Positions 59,771 through 64,000 of a DNA stretch of 64,000 nucleotides are shown one piece after another. A model generated the notes under the pieces. That model was not told where the DNA came from. It did no database searches and saw only the letters and a list, made by a program, of their open reading frames with translations. The stretch lies in assembly GCA_004431415.1 (NCBI GenBank), contig QPMI01000095.1, positions 310,001 to 374,000 of the forward strand, in the 5' to 3' direction. A program made the position numbers and the translations under genes. Source of the DNA: Cyanophora paradoxa CCMP329 (taxonomy: Eukaryota; Plantae; Glaucophyta). The first letter of the stretch is position 1. Each line of letters begins with the position of its first letter.

Positions 59771-62700
59771 ATGTTCGCAGCTCCGTTCGTCGTCGTTCCC
59801 GGCGCGCCCGCGCGCGCCGCTGGCCTTCCTGTGCGCCGCGCATTTGCTGGGAAGCCCTTGCGTTGCGTGCAGGCGCCGCGCCAGAAGCTGAGCGTCCCGT
59901 CTCTCCCCGGCTCTCCCACTCGGAGCGGCGCGCCCGGTCGGCGCATTCATTGTTATTATAAAACTTACTTCAATTAAAATGCAGCGAGCTTCCACGCCAG
60001 CGCAAAGCCGGGCTTCCCCGATGAGTACCGACGCACAATTTGGCTGCTGGAAGGTTCGTTACCCGGCTGTGGTTGCCGCTGCCGGGCACGCTCTTACTCC
60101 CGAGCAGGAGTCCGGCCCGCTACGCGCCCCCAGCTCCCACGGGACGTCACCTCCGCAGACGTCATCGTCGTTGGCGCCGGGTAAATCCATACCTTGTTCT
60201 TTTGCTGCATCAAGAATGTACTCATCATCTGGATATTCAGTATTGCGGGATTGACATTGGTGCGCTGCTGCTCTCGCGAGCTCTCCCGCGGTTGCTGGCG
60301 TCGACGCGGTCGCGCAGGCGTACGAGCTGCTGAAGAAGGGCGTCAAGGACGTCCTCGTGCTGGAGGCGCGCTCCGTCAGCGGCGGCATGACCGGGCGAAC
60401 TACGGCTCACCTTATGACCAGCTGGGACGGTCCGGGATCCGCGCCGGCGCCGCGCCGCCCCCTCGCGCCGGCAGAACGCGCGCCGCGCAGACCGCTACTT
60501 CGAGGCGGAGAAAGAGTTGGGGCGGGAGCGGACGCGGGTGCTGGCGGAGAGCCTCGTGGGGGCGGTGGACCGTATCGAGGCGATCGTGAAGGAGGCCGGC
60601 ATCCAGTGCGACTTCAGCCGCCTCCCCGGTGCACCCGCCCCGCCCCGGCGCCCCCCGCCCGAGGCCGCCCGCCGAGGGGGGGCAGGGCACCTGTTCCTGG
60701 GCGAGGGGCAGGGCGAGGAGATCCTGCGGCGCGAGCTGGACGCCGCCACCCGGTGCGCGCCCCGCGGCCCCACGCCCCGCCCCGGGCGCCGAGGCGGGGC
60801 CGCGCAGGGCGGGAATCAAGGGGCTACAGCTGGAGCGGTACACCGACACGACGGCGGTGCGGGGCTTCGGGCGCGTGCTCACCTTCCCCGGCCAGGGCCA
60901 GTTCGACCCGGTGCGCCGGCCCCCCGCGGTACCCCGCCTCGCGGCGCGATGCGGGGCGGGGCGCAGGTGAAGTACACGGACGGGCTGGCGCGGGCGGTGG
61001 AGCGGCTCGGGGGGCGCATCTTCGAGGGGACGCGCGTCGCCCACGCCCGCGGCGGCTGCGTCGCCACCGGCGACGGTCGCGAGCTCTCTGCCGGCGCCGT
61101 CGCCCTCTGCACCAACTCCCCCATCGTCCGCGAGCCCCTCCTCCACATGAAGCAGGCCCGCGCCCCGCCCCGCCTTGCCCGCCCTCGCCCCGCGTGACGC
61201 GGGCGCCGCAGTCGCCCTACCGCACGTACGCCGTCGCGGGCCGCGTGCCCCGCGGCTCCGTTCCCCCCGCTGTGCGCCCGCCCCTCCTGCCCGGCCCTCT
61301 CCGGCGCGCCTCTGAGGCGGCGGCAGCTCTTCTGGAGCACAGAGGACCCCTATACCTACGGTCTGCCCCCCTGCTCGCCCGCTCCCCCGCCCCGCCCCCG
61401 GCGCACGAGGCGACTGGCCGCAGTGCGGCTGCAGCCGACGCCGGCCTTTGACTACATCATCACCGGCGGGGGCGACCACCGGTGCGCCGAACCCCTCCGT
61501 CCCCACCCGTCCGCCCTCCCCCCACCGCGCCCCGCGCAGCTCGGGCCACACGCCGGAGGTGCCGGGGCGCTTTCGCGGGGCGGGGCGGGGCGGGGCGGGC
61601 GGGGCGGGGCCGAGGTGCAGGGCGCGCGCAGGACCCCGGTTCGGTCTTCGAAGACCTGGTGCCCGCCTTCTCCCCTTGGGCTCTCGGGGGAGCTGGGGGA
61701 CACGGGGCGGCAGGTGCGGTGGACGAAGGCGCACTTCCCCCTCGCCGACCGCTTCGACTGGCGCTGGTCCGGCCAGGCTCGCGCCTCCTCCGGGCCCCGC
61801 CGCCTCTGCCGGGCCGCTAGTGCTAGTCTGTCTTGAACAGTGCTAGTAGAGGCCGACGGACACGCGGCCGAGGCTCGCGAGGCTCCGCTGTGCGAGCGTC
61901 ACCGCCCATTGGTGGGGGAAGAGGAACCGGGGGGTACCTCGGAGCACTCGAAAGGGGATCAAATCGGCGTAGCGTGGCGGGCGCGCCCCGGAGGTCGGCG
62001 GCGCTAGCGCGACTCGAGGAAGTAGGGAAGGAGCGATGTCGGGCCTGCCGTTCGTCTACGTACCGTACGCGGGACCCCCAGGTGGGGACGCCATGCCGGG
62101 GCCGCGCCGAGCGCCCCGCCTGCGCTGCCGCCGGCTGAGGTTGTCGCGTGCGTGCGTGCAGGGGCCCCTCCGCCTGTGCCCGGAAGCATCGTGCGCTGCA
62201 GAGCCCCGATGTCTATCGATGTCTATCTCTCCCCCTTGCGCGCGCGGCTTCGCCGCTTCGTGTCCCTTCATTTACGAGCTCGGGATCCGCGTGCGCTCGA
62301 TTCGGGCGCAGGGCTTGGGGTCCGGGCGGCCCCCGCTGCCTCCGCCGCCTATCATCTAGACGCATCCTCGCCGCCCTCATCGCAGGCCCCCGCCCGCCCG
62401 CCCCGCCCCGGCCTGCGGCGGGCGGCGAGCGGGCTGCAGGGGAGGAGCACCCTTGGGCGGCCCTCTACGACCCCAAGCACCTCAAGATCGGTGCGTTCGT
62501 CGGCCCCGCCGGCGGCTCCTTGTGCGGGAGCGAGCGGGGGGGCGGTGCGTGCAGACACGAGCTCGCTGCCGGACCTGGTGGAGCACACGGCGGCGACGGC
62601 GGGCGGTTACGCGGGGGCCGTCCTGCCCCGCCCGCCATTCTCCGCCCGCTCCCTCGACCCGGGCTCCGGCGCCCTCGTCCACGACCCGCTCCCCGTGCCC

Positions 62701-63150
62701 GCCCCGCCCCCCGCCCCCGGCGGCCCCTCACCCGGCGGCAGACGGCGGCCTTCAAGGACGAGGCCGGCGCCACACACGTCCACTCGGGTGCCGGCCCCGC
62801 CCCCCCCCCGCCCGCCCCCGCCCCCGCCGTCCCCGCCGAGCAGCCGAGCTCAGCGATCTGCCCGCACCTTGGATGTGCGGTCGAGTACAACCCCGTCGAG
62901 AAGGCCCGCCCCTGCCCCGCGCTCGCCACCGCGCCCGCCGGCCGCCGCCGTCGGTGACGCAGGGCGGGCGGGGCGGGTGCAGACGTTCGACTGCCCGTGC
63001 CACGGCTCCATCTTCGACGCGGACGGGGCCGTCCTCAACGGGCCCGCCACCTCCAGCCTCCACCCCGCCCCCTTCTCCCACGGCGCCGACGCCCCCGCCC
63101 CGCCGCCCTCCGCCCCCAACGCCCCGCCCCCCAAGAAGGAGACCCTCTGA
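59771..63150 (+). CDS. YhfW-like FAD-dependent oxidoreductase with C-terminal Rieske [2Fe-2S] domain, plastid-type leader
   Basis: MFAAPFVV...RRAFAG leader. DVIVVGAG|IAGLTL|AYEL, VLEAR..GGMTGRTTAHL, GQGQFDP|VKY..GLA, PYRTY, IITGGGDH, WSGQ, PWAALYDP. Rieske: CPHLGC...FDCPCHGSIF...GPA. Confidence 0.88.
60181..60240 (-). other. Plastid-type ferredoxin (petF) fragment that forms a complete + strand GT-AG intron
   Basis: The reverse complement reads [19 protein letters not shown](P). GC is 22/60, against a much more GC-rich host gene. Removing it restores GAG|IAG of the FAD-binding motif. Confidence 0.88.
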
Positions 63151-63236
63151 CCCGGCGAATTCCTTTGTAGGGTGCCGGTCCGCCCAATGTTGATGTGCGG
63201 GTTCTTCTTTGTGCCCTTCTGTTGAATTTATTCTGA

Positions 63237-64000
63237 TCATGAGCAAACGTAGCCTGCGCATGCAGCTGCTAGAGATGCCTCCCCAAGCTTGCGCACTCCG
63301 AATTGCTCAGCAGCTGGCGACGTCGACCGCGAGGGCAGGCTCGAGCTCGGCTCGAGCTCACTCCTCGAGCCACTGCGCACGCGTACGCACCAACCGTGAG
63401 GCCTTGGCGATCGAAAGCGGGTACATGCACAGGGCCCGGGGGAAGGACGGACGGAGCTCTCGGTGGCGAGCGCGTATACCGACGTTAGCTGAAAACGTTG
63501 AGCCGGACCGACCCGGCACAGAATGTGCCCTGCCTCCAGATCATACCGCAGCCGTTTTATCAGCTGCGGGGCGGGGCGATCCAGAAACGTAAGTACTAGT
63601 TCATTCATAATCCGATGATCAAATTAAATGAACAGGCTCTGGGACATGTACAGGCTTTAGATCTGGGACCGGCTAGCGCGCGATTCACGGAACCTGCGTG
63701 AAGGCAGCGTGCCGGGGGCGCGTAGAGTGCAGCTCCCGCAGGTGAGGCCGCGTGATGAACGAGTAGAGCACGAAGCAAATCTATTTTGTGTGTGAAAACT
63801 CGATCGATGGGCGGGCGCGGGAACTCCGATCGCGAGAGGGGCCGGCGCACGCGAGCCAAGCTGTTCTCCTCGTCGGGGTCGAGCATGCGACTCCCGCGGC
63901 GGTCGATGCCGTGCAGCAGGCCCTCCACCGTCTCCAGTCCGTGCAAAATCGCCGTGACTGCGCACGGCTTCAGCGCGCGTGCAGGGAGGCCATATATATG
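63237..64000 (-). CDS. Possible 3' part of a gene entering from beyond the window
   Basis: Exon-like segments LHGLETVEGLLHGIDRRGSRMLDPDEENSLAR|gt and MNELVLTFLDRPAPQLIKRLRYDLEAGHIL. No family recognised and boundaries uncertain. Confidence 0.35.

Noticed and set aside
60059-60388. A functional ferredoxin gene on the - strand
   Set aside because: Only ~20 codons match and the Cys cluster motif is absent. The match coincides with an intron of the + strand gene, so it is treated as a captured fragment.

Overview
A gene-dense, very GC-rich eukaryotic nuclear region with about 25 protein-coding genes split by many short (mostly 45-90 nt) spliceosomal introns. Most long ORFs in the supplied track are GC-rich artefacts, so gene models were rebuilt by hand from exons. 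Phe-initial plastid transit peptides (MAF..., MFA...), flagellar genes (B9D1) and a plastid-type ferredoxin fragment suggest a flagellated alga, most likely a glaucophyte such as Cyanophora (inference). Recognisable genes: SHOC1/ZIP2-like, kinesin-3-like, YkgJ-family, ZRSR2, HpcH/HpaI aldolase, CDK10, GPI, B9D1, a BNR beta-propeller, TOP3B, TRM9, RNMT, a TruA/PUS1-like synthase, a PPR protein and a YhfW-like FAD/Rieske oxidoreductase. Main novelties: (1) two adjacent paralogues that each fuse a phage/virus-type Bro-N DNA-binding domain to a START lipid-binding domain; (2) a 60-nt GT-AG intron that is an antisense fragment of plastid-type ferredoxin (petF); (3) a CBM20 starch-binding pseudokinase with a calmodulin-binding-like tail; (4) a TKL kinase fused to an inositol 5-phosphatase; (5) a CaaX-ending kinesin and a PTS1-ending GPI; (6) several signs of intron birth by local duplication; (7) a hidden 85-aa four-exon gene. 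Some GC-homopolymer tracts look frameshifted, probably from assembly error, so internal exon boundaries are approximate. Family motifs are quoted from memory; no database searches were run.
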